Source: a virus | Strand: one strand, 5' to 3' | DNA: 64,000 nt | IMG/VR virus record: IMGVR_UViG_3300025687_000022 | Shown here: in pieces, positions 50,860 to 61,113 of the stretch | How positions within the stretch are numbered: the stretch's first letter is position 1 | Layout of the letters: the number at the start of each line of letters is the position of its first letter | Translations under genes and position numbers: made by a program | The notes under the pieces: model-generated | What the model was told of the DNA's origin: nothing | The model's database searches: none | The model's input: the letters and a program-made list of their open reading frames with translations, nothing else

Positions 50860-51639
50860 CTATACTTGAAGTTGGTAACTAAAAAATACTGGTAGCTCTT
50901 TAAGCCCTGATTTTTTAGCAAACCAAATAAGGTCTTCGTTGCCCGTGATCTTTACTCTCCCATTTTTGCCAATAGCAACGTATACAGGCATTTGTGCCCC
51001 ATTTTTAATGAAGTTTTTGTAACGACCATCAAAGTCGGTTGCTGTTCCTCTGTATTCTCGTGAGCAAAAATCCCAAAGCTCTTCTACTGGCATCATGACA
51101 TGGTATTGCATTTCATTTGTATTTGTTGGAAAATCATACAATTGAACGCCACCTTCAACCCAATCAGCGACAACGGCATTTAAAGAGCCTCTTGGTGTTT
51201 GCATTGTTGGCAAGTATGGGTCAACTGGAGGAGCAGCATATCCCAATCCGCCCCACTCAAGAAGAGCGGCTTCAACAGCCTTAACGGGACCACGATCAAC
51301 AACTTTAACGCCTTTAACATCTTTATTGACAGCCGGAACAAGAATATAATCTCTGTAAGTGTCTCTTGATTGTCTTCCGGTTAACTCAAATTTAATTGCG
51401 TACTCGCGATAAACAAGGTCTTCGCCTTTTCTTCTTTGGCGATCTGCGATGTGTTTAACCGTTGTTACTTCTCTGATTCCTCGGATTGAATTTTCAATTT
51501 GGTTATCTAGCCCTGAGATTCTTAAATCAACAAGAACGCCCAAAATAACTTCATAAAGTCGTAAGTCAATCGGATCGCGCTCTAAAAGTTTTTCAACTTC
51601 GTTGATGAATCGAAACCAACTATCTACAGCAATGCTCAT
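50860..51639 (-). CDS. Hypothetical protein with degenerate ParB/Srx-like C-terminus
   Basis: PVYV...VKITGNED...AKKSGLKELPV; DSWFRFINE leader. Confidence 0.45.
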   Translation of the reverse strand: MSIAVDSWFRFINEVEKLLERDPIDLRLYEVILGVLVDLRISGLDNQIENSIRGIREVTTVKHIADRQRRKGEDLVYREYAIKFELTGRQSRDTYRDYILVPAVNKDVKGVKVVDRGPVKAVEAALLEWGGLGYAAPPVDPYLPTMQTPRGSLNAVVADWVEGGVQLYDFPTNTNEMQYHVMMPVEELWDFCSREYRGTATDFDGRYKNFIKNGAQMPVYVAIGKNGRVKITGNEDLIWFAKKSGLKELPVFFSYQLQV

Positions 51640-51679
51640 ATAATGTCCCTCATTTCATAAATAGTCGCTATTTTATGTA

Positions 51680-52042
51680 TTAACGCGAATAATCGTCTTC
51701 AAGCCTGACCACATCATCCAACTCTGGCGTACTCACTTCAATTAACTCAACGTTGCACTCGTTCGCTCCAAAGCGATGAATCTGTCCAGGGGCTATGTGA
51801 ATTGTGTCGCCTGACACAAGCTTGGTGATTTTGTCTTCTTCGTCATAGTGATAAAGCGGACCTTTAAGAACAAAGATTGTTTCTTCTTTGACCTCGTGGT
51901 ATTGTTTTGAAAGTCGGTGCCCTGCTTTAATAAACAGCAATTTACCGCAATACTTATCTGTTAATGCCCAATGAATTTCAAAGCCCCACGGCTTTTCAAT
52001 TTTTTGAGCGTCTTCCCATTCTACAAAACCTTTGTACTTCAT
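51680..52042 (-). CDS. Cupin-domain (mannose-6-phosphate isomerase type II-like) protein
   Basis: KPWG, LSKQYH..KEET, HRF, IEVST..LDDVVRLEDDY. Confidence 0.85.
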   Translation of the reverse strand: MKYKGFVEWEDAQKIEKPWGFEIHWALTDKYCGKLLFIKAGHRLSKQYHEVKEETIFVLKGPLYHYDEEDKITKLVSGDTIHIAPGQIHRFGANECNVELIEVSTPELDDVVRLEDDYSR

Positions 52043-52043
52043 C

Positions 52044-52394
52044 TTACCTCCATAGTACCTGTATTAATACTATCACGAAAGAAAGCAAAACGCAAATAAT
52101 AGTTTTAGGAGTAAAAAAACTTTCACCCATGAAATGCCATGCTAAAAATGGAAAAACAAGATAAGAAAGAGCAAAGGCAAGGAAACGAACAGCCCAGAAC
52201 TCTCCTATCTGATTAAAAGCTATTTTGCCCCCATACCAAAAGAAAATACCCGCTGGCAAAGAAAAAATAATTAATGCAAGAATAGGCTTATCTTTCCACC
52301 ATTCCCAGATAAACTGAGAGTTCATGTGAAACCAACCTATCGCATGTCCTAAAGTTATTAAAAGGCATCCAAGTAATATTTTAGAAATTGACAA
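52044..52394 (-). CDS. Small multi-pass membrane protein
   Basis: Four hydrophobic segments. Confidence 0.65.
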   Translation of the reverse strand: MSISKILLGCLLITLGHAIGWFHMNSQFIWEWWKDKPILALIIFSLPAGIFFWYGGKIAFNQIGEFWAVRFLAFALSYLVFPFLAWHFMGESFFTPKTIICVLLSFVIVLIQVLWR

Positions 52395-53139
52395 TAGCTA
52401 ACTCCTCGCACTTTGCTTTATCTTTGGTTGGCTTACCGTAAGCGTCAAACATAAAGATTCTATTACGATTATACATAGTAAGAAGTGCGGGGTGGAACTT
52501 ATATAAAATGATCCATTTCTTATTTATTTGTTGCAATGTTCTGAACAGTTTCTTGTGATTAATTGAATACATTTCTGGTCCTTTGCTTTTACCTTGCTCA
52601 AAGAAGTTGAAACTATAATTACCAACTGGTAGTAAAATATAATCTGCGTCTTTTGCGCTGACTATCGCTTCAAAAGGATCGTCAACTTGGTCAAGGTAAG
52701 GATAAAAGTTTTTTATCTTAAAGTTCTTGACATAGCTCAAAGCAATAGGGTTGTAATGATCTTTATTGATCTTGCCACAAGAAACAAAACCACTATCAGA
52801 GCACCTATTGAGCAAGAAAAACAAAGCAGATCTATCAATAGGGTATTTAAATTCAGTCCAGCTTTCTTGCAAATAAGTTAGCTGTGCTGGTGCGAGCGTA
52901 GGAAATAATGCATCTGCCGTTTGAGCTAATACTTTTGGCTCTGTAAGTAAGTTTACCCAGAACTCGTAGATAAAAGGCTTGTTTGTATGTGAGATTACAA
53001 AATGTCCCGCTTCGGCTAAAGAAACTTCGGTTTGCCCATCGAACAACAAAAAAGAACTGATTTTGCTTGCAGGCTTAATCAGTTCTTTTAATTTTGCTGT
53101 GCTTTTAAAGGTCGTGTTACTCTTCAAAGGCACTTTCAT
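52381..53139 (-). CDS. Degenerate Dam-like (D12 class) methyltransferase paralog
   Basis: Collinear with Dam (LFFLLNR.S.SG) but lacks FxGxG and DPPY. Confidence 0.5.
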   Translation of the reverse strand: MKVPLKSNTTFKSTAKLKELIKPASKISSFLLFDGQTEVSLAEAGHFVISHTNKPFIYEFWVNLLTEPKVLAQTADALFPTLAPAQLTYLQESWTEFKYPIDRSALFFLLNRCSDSGFVSCGKINKDHYNPIALSYVKNFKIKNFYPYLDQVDDPFEAIVSAKDADYILLPVGNYSFNFFEQGKSKGPEMYSINHKKLFRTLQQINKKWIILYKFHPALLTMYNRNRIFMFDAYGKPTKDKAKCEELAIVNF

Positions 53140-53417
53140 TATGCATCCTTTGGGCTTGATGATAAGCGGCTTCTTGAGCTTTATAAGTTAAATAAGATTG
53201 AGTAATAGCTCCAATATCAGTGTATAAAGCATCCAACTTTGCTAACTCTTGTCTGGCGGCATCGATCTCCTCTAAGACACCAACCGTCAGTATTTCTCTG
53301 TCAATGTTAAAGTTTGATAAATGAGAATGAGCTTCTATGATTTTATTAAACAATCGTTTAACCTCTGGTTCCAGTTCATCTAACTCTATTGAATATTGGA
53401 TTTTAATTCTGCTCATC

Positions 53418-53675
53418 TTATCCTCTTAACAACTGCTTGCCAGAACGCTGAAGTGTTTCTTCAATCATAGCAGGAGAACCAACAACAATAACGTCGCTGT
53501 TGCCGTCCATAACTAATCGAGAAAACCTATGGTTCTTATCTAACCCTTCAGCTAATAGCCCGCTTTCATTTAATGACTTTGTTCTGTGATCTTCAAGAAT
53601 CATCACAACACGCTCAGGATTAACAAATACTTCTCGCAAGCTGTTGTTTTTTACTTCTGTCAATCTTATTAACAT
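53418..53675 (-). CDS. FlbD-like small protein
   Basis: MLIRLT...VNPERVVMI...VVGS pattern. Confidence 0.45.
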   Translation of the reverse strand: MLIRLTEVKNNSLREVFVNPERVVMILEDHRTKSLNESGLLAEGLDKNHRFSRLVMDGNSDVIVVGSPAMIEETLQRSGKQLLRG

Positions 53676-53945
53676 TATGCCCCTCCTAAAGAATAACAAT
53701 ATTTTTTAGCCACAAACCAATACTGATTATTTACAAATACTGTTGTAACCTGATCTTCTCTGTGACCATACGATAAAATGTTTTTAACAAATCTATCTGT
53801 AATAATGTTTTCTTTTTTACGATCTCCCATGTAAATAGCGATCATGGGACGTTCTGTTTTAAGAACATTACTTAACTTATCGCAAGAGTATAACCAAACA
53901 TTTTGTGGTATGTGCAATAAATCTCCATCCTTAAAGTTTTCCATT

Positions 53946-55535
53946 TTACTCTACCTGTATAATGCCGTAGTTAGTTGTGATTAGCGTACCAGCACAGCTA
54001 ACTGCGTTTAGTAAAGCCGTCTTTGAGACTTTTACTGGATCTATAATACCACTCTCAAGCATGTTTGACAAGCGATTTTGTTTAAAATCCCAACCTTCTT
54101 GATCAGAAGATTCAAGAACATCTTTAACTATAATATCTGGAGATAAACCAGAGTTTTCAGCCATTTTACGGATTGGAGCTTGACAAGCACGCTTAATAAT
54201 AGCGTGTGCTTCAGAGTCACCTTGTAGTCTCAAGCTTGCGCGTAGCAAAGCAGTTCCACCACCACCAACGATTCCTTCTTCTTGTGCTGATCTTACCGCT
54301 TCAAGCGCATCTTCAATTCTATGCTTTCTTTCTATCATTTCAACTTCTGTTGAGCCGCCAACTTTAATAACGGCAACACCAGACGACAGCCTTACAATGC
54401 GATCTTGTATTCTTTCGCAGAAAGATAAATCGCTGCTTTGCTCAATCAAAGCTTTAAACGTACCGATTTGTTCTTCAATACGCTCATAATCACCAGTTCC
54501 GCCAACAATAGTAATCTTTTCTATTGTGCTTTCAATTGACTTTGCGGATCCCAGGTGCTCTAGTTTAGCGTCTTTTAATTGCATACCACTTTCACGAGTA
54601 ATAAATGTCGCACCAACAGACAACGCTAAATCTTCCATTATTGCTCTGCGCTCTTCTCCATAACAAGAGATTTTAATTGCAGCAGCGCGAATACCTGCAT
54701 TTGTTTCTTTGCGCTTGACTGCGTTGTAAATTAAAGAAGCGAGCGCTTGACCTTCAATTTCTTCAGCAATAAAAATAATTGGTCGTCCAGTTCTATTCGC
54801 AACCTGAAGAATTGAAAGAATACTATTTGGATCTGCTTGAGATACACTTTCAAGCTTATGATCTGTAATTAAAAACAAAGGCTCTTCATAATACATAATA
54901 GCACGGCGCTCGTCATTAATAAAAGCTCCTGCTGCATACGAGCCTTCAAAGCGAAAGCCCTCAACAACATCTAAGCTTGTCTCAATAGATCTTGATTCTT
55001 CAATTGTAATCGCGCCGTCTTGACCCACTCGATCAACAGCAAGAGAAATCAAGTCACCAATCGCCTCGTCATTATTAGCAGAGATCGTAGCGATGTGCTT
55101 AATGTCTTCAATACTTTTGATTGGATAAGTAAGCTCTGAAAGGTTTGCTACAACTTCATTTGCAACTGTCTGTAAATCACGTTGCAGTTCAGTTGGAGAA
55201 GAGCCAGCAAGAATATATCTTTGCGATTCAACAAGAATAGAGCGAGCAAGAACTGTTGATGTTGTGGTTCCATCCCCAGCCGTTCCGTTTGTTTCTACTG
55301 CTGCTTGTTTAATTAACTGCGCGCCAGCGTTTTCAAATGGATCGTCTAAATGAACAAAGTGAGCAACGGTAATACCGTCTTTGCTAACAAAAGGAGTTTT
55401 ACCTTTTTCTTGTAGAAGAACTGTTCTTCCTCTCGGTCCCAGCGTTGAAGCAACATTATCAGCCAATATGTTGGCACCTTTAATAACTTTTTGTTGTAGT
55501 TTGTCTTCACTTGCGAAGACCATGTTATGACTCAT
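53946..55535 (-). CDS. groEL: Chaperonin GroEL
   Basis: TLGPRGR, KDGITVA, AGDGTTT, GGGTAL, GIIDP. Confidence 0.95.
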   Translation of the reverse strand: MSHNMVFASEDKLQQKVIKGANILADNVASTLGPRGRTVLLQEKGKTPFVSKDGITVAHFVHLDDPFENAGAQLIKQAAVETNGTAGDGTTTSTVLARSILVESQRYILAGSSPTELQRDLQTVANEVVANLSELTYPIKSIEDIKHIATISANNDEAIGDLISLAVDRVGQDGAITIEESRSIETSLDVVEGFRFEGSYAAGAFINDERRAIMYYEEPLFLITDHKLESVSQADPNSILSILQVANRTGRPIIFIAEEIEGQALASLIYNAVKRKETNAGIRAAAIKISCYGEERRAIMEDLALSVGATFITRESGMQLKDAKLEHLGSAKSIESTIEKITIVGGTGDYERIEEQIGTFKALIEQSSDLSFCERIQDRIVRLSSGVAVIKVGGSTEVEMIERKHRIEDALEAVRSAQEEGIVGGGGTALLRASLRLQGDSEAHAIIKRACQAPIRKMAENSGLSPDIIVKDVLESSDQEGWDFKQNRLSNMLESGIIDPVKVSKTALLNAVSCAGTLITTNYGIIQVE

Positions 55536-55536
55536 T

Positions 55537-56298
55537 TTAACCTCTTGAAATAATAAATAGTTCGCTTGATTGCTTTGATTTATTCATGCCATACGCCCAT
55601 TCGGCTTGCACTATTTCATAGTTTGAATATCGCTGACGAACATAATCGCAATCATTATAACATAATAACCAGTTTTTTCTACTTGTCAAGAGCGAATGCA
55701 ACAAATCATGATCAAAGTTTTCATGCATGTCTCCGTTCTTTCCGTATAGCTTGCTTTTGGCTTCTAAAAAATAAGGAGGGTCAAGATACAAGAAACTTTT
55801 TTCATGGTCTTTAATGCTCTCCTCAAAGCTTTTAAAGCCTACTTTTAAGTTAGGCGCGCTAAAGTCAGATAAGCGCTTAATGCTGTTTGCGTTAAACCGA
55901 CCATCAGCCGCTTGCTGTGAATAACCACCAGATAAAGTTGCTCCAGAGAAAGAAGAGCGATTAACTGCAAAATAAGCAGCAGCCATTTCAATTGACTTGC
56001 CGTCTTGTTTGTTGTAGTTCTTTAGTTTTTCTCTGAGAGCAGAAAAAAGTTGTTTGTTTATTGGATGATTTCTTGTAACAGCCTCTACAAGCTCTTGCTT
56101 GTTGTTCAGTAAACAATCCCAAAAGTTGTAAAGAGGATAAAACGCATCGTATCCCCATACTTTTCTTGTTTGAGATAACTTTAACTCTAATGAACCTCCA
56201 CCTAAAAATGGAGCGCAAATATCTTTATTTGGAATGTAAGGCAGTAAATGCTTTACTGCACGAGTTTTGCCACCTGGGTAGCGTAGTGGTGATTTCAA
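55537..56298 (-). CDS. dam: DNA adenine methyltransferase (D12 class)
   Basis: RYPGGK, PFLGGGS, YLDPPY. Confidence 0.9.
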   Translation of the reverse strand: MKSPLRYPGGKTRAVKHLLPYIPNKDICAPFLGGGSLELKLSQTRKVWGYDAFYPLYNFWDCLLNNKQELVEAVTRNHPINKQLFSALREKLKNYNKQDGKSIEMAAAYFAVNRSSFSGATLSGGYSQQAADGRFNANSIKRLSDFSAPNLKVGFKSFEESIKDHEKSFLYLDPPYFLEAKSKLYGKNGDMHENFDHDLLHSLLTSRKNWLLCYNDCDYVRQRYSNYEIVQAEWAYGMNKSKQSSELFIISRG

Positions 56299-58712
56299 GT
56301 TTCCTCCGTGTTATTCTGCTCTTGCTCCTCTTGCTCCTCTTGTTCGTCGTCTTTGACATCAACTTCTATTTCTTCGTCGTCTTTAGTACTTTTAACATCT
56401 TTTGGATCTAAAGCAACAACATTATCAGAAATTTCTGTCTCTGTATCTTGTTGAACTGGTGCTTCTGGTTTCCCAGGAGAGCCGAGCATTTCTTGAACCA
56501 TTGCTTGCAGAATTCTTTCTTGTTCTTCATCTGGATATCCGATTGTAACAGTATTAGACCCTGGATCTACTTCTTTTAATGAATAACCTATTGCAGTTAA
56601 TATAAATTCATTAATTTTTTCATATGGTATTTTTATGGATTCTTCTGAAGGAGCGGGCGACTGTAAATTATCTTCTACCATTTCTATTGCATTTTCTGGA
56701 TTATCAACAATGTTTTCTATATTATTAAAGACATTGGTGCCAACACTCAATACGAGTGCCAGCAATCCAGCTATAATCGCTTTTTTGCCTCGCGTTTCTC
56801 TTCCGAGCATGTCTTTGGTTTTTTGTGCTGTTTCTCTCGCAAGATCTTCTTTTGACTCACCAGTTTCTTTAGAGTTAATGCTATCAATGAATTTGGAAAA
56901 AAAGCTTTTGACCGTGTTAACATCTGATTGCTCTGATTCGGAGAGTATATTTAAAAAGTCTATAAGATCATTTGCGATTTCAAATGATCGATCATTTATT
57001 TCTTCATTTGATATTTCTGCATATTCTTGTAAGGAGGCTGTTCCCTGCTCTATTCCAAGCCCTACTGATCGACCTTGACCTCTACTTCTGGCTCTAAATG
57101 TTACGTTGTTGTAGTTTTTATTAACCCAATCGTTTATATCATAATAAGAACCTGCTCCGTTTTCGTCCCAAGATAATAATCTGTTAGCGATAGCTACGCT
57201 TCCAGAGGGAAACTTGTGGTTTCCGGTCATGGCTTCCAATAAGAAAGCTTTTTTGAAATCGATCTTTAGAGTATGAATATTTATATAATCATATATCTCA
57301 TTCAAAGCGTTTTTGCCCTTCGCCACGGATTCGGATCTCGGAGGCGGGATCCTCTGGGGTTGGGAACCCGCCGCCGCCCAGCGCCCCAAGGACGCCGATC
57401 TGGAGGGCGCCGATCTCAAAGACACCGACCTCCGACGCGCGAACCTCCGGGGCGGCGATTCAAGCGCATTTTTAACATTATTAAATAATGGATCATTTAA
57501 AAGCTGATTGTTCCGGGTAAACCCCAAAGCAATAGCCATAAAAGCTTTTGTTTCGGAGAACTCTGGACTTAAAAGTGAAGCTCCTTTCTTTTTAACTGAT
57601 ATTCTTAGAGTTTTATCATTATCATCACTTGCTATGTCTGTTTTTGGTGTTCTAGTAGCGGGAGCCCCTTCGCCTTTTGTAATTCCTTTATAAAATTTAT
57701 AAATGTCAGTTAGCTTGTCTGCAGTCCCTGGTTTATCGTATAGTTCATGATTAGCAAGTTCCGTGCCCAGACCCGATCCTGTGATATTTGCAATGACGTC
57801 ATTAGCAATGTTCTGCCACCCTGGATCCCCAATAAATATATCTATTAGTTGTCCCCTTTTGTTTTCCACTTGATAAATTCCAAGGTTTTCTGCTTGTGGC
57901 GGGAATGAGCTTGTGTGCCCATTAAGTGCTATGAGCAAGTTTCCTTCGAACAATTCAGATACATTGCTGTCGCTTGAACCTCCGCTAAATGTTATATTGA
58001 ATCTTTCGTTTATATCTTCAGTATCTGAAGAGACTGTTAAGACTCCTCCTACATTAAAATCTCCTTCGTCGGTCTTGATGTCGAGAAGACCATGATTAGG
58101 ATCTATTTTAAAGGTCCAGCCTTCATAGGTTACGCCGCCGTTTTTCATAAGATTATTAATAATAGCATTTCTTTTGGGGCGTGATCCCATGTTGCCTATT
58201 TTGATAAGATTGCCAATATGATTGGCATATCCCTTCGGCTTGATGTATTTTATTGGAAATATAATTCGGTGCCAGGTTGGCAGCTTCTTGATGTTATCTC
58301 GTGTGAACGGAACTTGTTGCGACCCGCTCTGAACCACTCTGCCCACAAATACAGCGTTTTCTCTTCCCGCGCCGATATCAAGGTTGGGGGGATCTGGAAC
58401 CTTCTTCAAATAATCCATAAAAGCGTTGAATGCTGCTTCACGCCTTTGCTCGTATTGTCCTCGTTGGGGGGGGCTGTAAGACGCCGTTTGTCTGACGACT
58501 TGACCGATTTGGGCGAGACGCGGCTGAGCGTCAATGGTTGATTCCTTAAAGTTGCCATCTGCAGTTACCGACGCTCGCACATCATCATTGGGACCGAATG
58601 TAAGTGATACTCGACTAGGAAGATCAGATACCACCTCGGTTAATAAGCCTTCTTGAGCATCCAATTGTTCGTTAATTAAACGCAACATCATTTCAAAAAG
58701 ATATCTATTCAT
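56295..58712 (-). CDS. Large protein with PD-(D/E)XK-like motif, a late TM segment and a GC-rich insertion
   Basis: PKTDI...RISVKK; AIIAGLLALVLSV; foreign segment at ~57316-57458. Confidence 0.6.
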   Translation of the reverse strand: MNRYLFEMMLRLINEQLDAQEGLLTEVVSDLPSRVSLTFGPNDDVRASVTADGNFKESTIDAQPRLAQIGQVVRQTASYSPPQRGQYEQRREAAFNAFMDYLKKVPDPPNLDIGAGRENAVFVGRVVQSGSQQVPFTRDNIKKLPTWHRIIFPIKYIKPKGYANHIGNLIKIGNMGSRPKRNAIINNLMKNGGVTYEGWTFKIDPNHGLLDIKTDEGDFNVGGVLTVSSDTEDINERFNITFSGGSSDSNVSELFEGNLLIALNGHTSSFPPQAENLGIYQVENKRGQLIDIFIGDPGWQNIANDVIANITGSGLGTELANHELYDKPGTADKLTDIYKFYKGITKGEGAPATRTPKTDIASDDNDKTLRISVKKKGASLLSPEFSETKAFMAIALGFTRNNQLLNDPLFNNVKNALESPPRRFARRRSVSLRSAPSRSASLGRWAAAGSQPQRIPPPRSESVAKGKNALNEIYDYINIHTLKIDFKKAFLLEAMTGNHKFPSGSVAIANRLLSWDENGAGSYYDINDWVNKNYNNVTFRARSRGQGRSVGLGIEQGTASLQEYAEISNEEINDRSFEIANDLIDFLNILSESEQSDVNTVKSFFSKFIDSINSKETGESKEDLARETAQKTKDMLGRETRGKKAIIAGLLALVLSVGTNVFNNIENIVDNPENAIEMVEDNLQSPAPSEESIKIPYEKINEFILTAIGYSLKEVDPGSNTVTIGYPDEEQERILQAMVQEMLGSPGKPEAPVQQDTETEISDNVVALDPKDVKSTKDDEEIEVDVKDDEQEEQEEQEQNNTEET

Positions 58713-58724
58713 TTACAAAGTTCC

Positions 58725-59342
58725 TTACACGATTATATCAGCAATCCCATATTCAACTGCTTGCTCTGCTGATAAATAGATGTTAACTTTTTGTTCTAGC
58801 AGTCTTTTTAGTTGTTTTTTGGTCATTTTTGTATCTTCAACAAGCCGATCAATATAAAGTTCTTGAAGGTCTTGAATAGCTTCCATTTCATTTACAAGAG
58901 AATGTAAAGATCCATGATTGCCAGCAATAACAGAATGTAACATAACTCTACAGTTGCGACCAATCTTTCGCTTGCCTTTTGTGCCGCCAGCTAAGATAAG
59001 AACTCCAGCAGACATAACCTTGCCCATGCCGATAGTGCTGATATCAGTATCTTGCTCGATTACTTTCATAATGTCATAAAGAGCAAACATATCGTCAGCG
59101 TTACCACCGTATGTTGAAATATAAAAATCAATATCTCTTTTTTCTTTTGATGCCTTGTTAACTTCATTCATGTAAATAAGACCTGTTACAATCTCTGATA
59201 CTTTCTCGTCAACTACATCTGAAAAAAGTCCCACTACTCTTAAGTCAGGCTCTTTTTCTCCAGGGTTGAACAACACGATTCTTTGATCGTTTTCGTTTAT
59301 TGATAGCAAGTTTTTGATTTTGCTTTTAACTTTGTTAATCAT
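58725..59342 (-). CDS. clpP: ATP-dependent Clp protease proteolytic subunit
   Basis: YISTYGG, VMSAG, MLH, YLSAEQAVEYGIAD. Confidence 0.9.
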   Translation of the reverse strand: MINKVKSKIKNLLSINENDQRIVLFNPGEKEPDLRVVGLFSDVVDEKVSEIVTGLIYMNEVNKASKEKRDIDFYISTYGGNADDMFALYDIMKVIEQDTDISTIGMGKVMSAGVLILAGGTKGKRKIGRNCRVMLHSVIAGNHGSLHSLVNEMEAIQDLQELYIDRLVEDTKMTKKQLKRLLEQKVNIYLSAEQAVEYGIADIIV

Positions 59343-59751
59343 TGTTCTCCTTAGTCATGAATTCAATGACGTTATCTTTTTTATCTTCAAGGTAAATCAT
59401 GGCTTCTTCCCAATTCTTGAACTCAACAAGATGAGAAAAGAATCCTCCATGTAAATCAATTATCTCACGAATGTACTTTGAAGTAAAGCTTTTAATTTCG
59501 GCTTCAAAGTGAGCATTATAAGCATCTTTGTTTTGTTCACTTGCGGTTGGACCAAGCAAAAAGATCCGATAATTATGAGCATAATGCATACTTTCTAATG
59601 CTTTTATAATAATAAGTAGTCCTACTGCTTGTGTCAGCTTTAAAATTTGAATACTTTTTTGTACTGCAACAAGAAAATAAAACACTTTGCAAGTATAGTA
59701 GCCAAATATAAAAAACAAAAAGTAAAATAACCAGGGATGTTCCAAGAGCAA
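59335..59751 (-). CDS. Membrane protein
   Basis: Hydrophobic N-terminus. Confidence 0.55.
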   Translation of the reverse strand: MLLEHPWLFYFLFFIFGYYTCKVFYFLVAVQKSIQILKLTQAVGLLIIIKALESMHYAHNYRIFLLGPTASEQNKDAYNAHFEAEIKSFTSKYIREIIDLHGGFFSHLVEFKNWEEAMIYLEDKKDNVIEFMTKENND

Positions 59752-59759
59752 TCACCTCA

Positions 59760-59793
59760 AAAAAATAACCACCAGAATCTCTTCTGGTGGTTA
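59760..59793 (-). terminator. Intrinsic terminator
   Basis: TAACCACCAGAA-GAGA-TTCTGGTGGTTA plus T-run. Confidence 0.75.
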
Positions 59794-59824
59794 TAATATA
59801 ACGGCTTTAAATTACTATGTCAAG

Positions 59825-60487
59825 TTATTTGGTGGTGAGTCTTGTAAAAATTCTCTCGGTTAAATCATTTGCCATTCTTTCTCTTTTCATTTTTGCTTTG
59901 ACTTTTCTCATTTTGCTTTCTTTAAGAGCATCGGCAGCTTTTCTTTCTGCTCTTAGACGGGCGCGAACACGTCTTGCAATTCTCTCAGCTAGCATGTCTT
60001 CCTCATCACCCATTTCTTCATCGTCCATTGGAGGCATCTCCGCTGATAGATCTTCAACATCACCCCCTTCTGGCGGTGCCCCCATCTCGTCGTCCATACC
60101 AATTTCTGAACTGACATCTTGTCCAGTAACGCTCTCTAAAGCATCTTCAAGTGCTGACATGAAATCGCTAATGGAAATCATGTCGCCTTCAGCGCCCATA
60201 CCCATATCCATGTCCATATCCATGTCCATTTCTTCATCGCCCATTGGCTCTTCTGGCATTTCGGCTGGAAGTTCATCGCCCATTGGCTCTTCCATATCCA
60301 TTTCCATATCCATCTCTTCTTCTTCCTGCTCCATCATGTCGCGCATAGCAGGCTCTTTTTCTTCCTCATCACGCGTGCCTGGGGCATCATACATTTCGCT
60401 TAGTCTTTTGTTGCCAACTGGCGCAACATTGGCAAGCTTCATAAATCTACGAATTTCAGATTCTGTTAGTAATTTTTTACGAGCCAT
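59825..60487 (-). CDS. Acidic Met/Glu-rich protein, scaffold or prohead-core-like
   Basis: LLTESEIRRFMKLAN start, low-complexity acidic middle, late-type motif upstream. Confidence 0.5.
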   Translation of the reverse strand: MARKKLLTESEIRRFMKLANVAPVGNKRLSEMYDAPGTRDEEEKEPAMRDMMEQEEEEMDMEMDMEEPMGDELPAEMPEEPMGDEEMDMDMDMDMGMGAEGDMISISDFMSALEDALESVTGQDVSSEIGMDDEMGAPPEGGDVEDLSAEMPPMDDEEMGDEEDMLAERIARRVRARLRAERKAADALKESKMRKVKAKMKRERMANDLTERIFTRLTTK

Positions 60488-60549
60488 TATATTTCTCCTT
60501 AAAACATGAACTCAACATTAAATAGTCCTCAAATTTCATAAATGTTTTT

Positions 60550-60789
60550 TTAAATAAACTTTTTTATTTTATCTATTGCTTGAGACTCTATTTGCTTAAC
60601 TCTTGCGAATGAAATACCTAATCTTTCTGCAACTTCGCGTAAAGTCATACTTCCGTTAAGATAAATAGACACTAAAGAACAATTTTGCTCTTTTTTATAA
60701 TTAATCCAATAACGACACCCGTTTAATTCACAAGAAGAGCCATTATCCAAACAAAGCTTTGCACACGATGGAAGATGTGATTTTCTCAT
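60550..60789 (-). CDS. Sigma-70 region 4-like HTH protein
   Basis: MTLREVAERLGISFARVKQIESQA. Confidence 0.8.
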   Translation of the reverse strand: MRKSHLPSCAKLCLDNGSSCELNGCRYWINYKKEQNCSLVSIYLNGSMTLREVAERLGISFARVKQIESQAIDKIKKFI

Positions 60790-61112
60790 AAGTCAGGGTA
60801 CTCCCCTTCTAGCATGTCAAAGATATCATCAATATCTTCTTCTGATAATGCAAAGTCTGATAGTTTTTGTTGTCCTTTTTGCCGTAGTTTTGCTTTGTCT
60901 GCTTTTCTTGTTTTTGCAACTTTTGATATCTCTTCTACATAGCTCAGTATGCGCTCTTCATCTTCTATCAGACCTGTAATAATGTGTCTAAAAAAATCAG
61001 ATTGTCTAATCTTCATGTTCTTTAGTTTTAAAACCAACTGAGCATGTCTATGATCATTTTCTGTAAATACGATTCTTCGCGTAAGTTTACCATAATCTAT
61101 CTCTGACGACAT
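60786..61112 (-). CDS. Hypothetical protein
   Basis: Start MSSEID after GGAGG. Confidence 0.6.
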   Translation of the reverse strand: MSSEIDYGKLTRRIVFTENDHRHAQLVLKLKNMKIRQSDFFRHIITGLIEDEERILSYVEEISKVAKTRKADKAKLRQKGQQKLSDFALSEEDIDDIFDMLEGEYPDL

Positions 61113-61113
61113 T

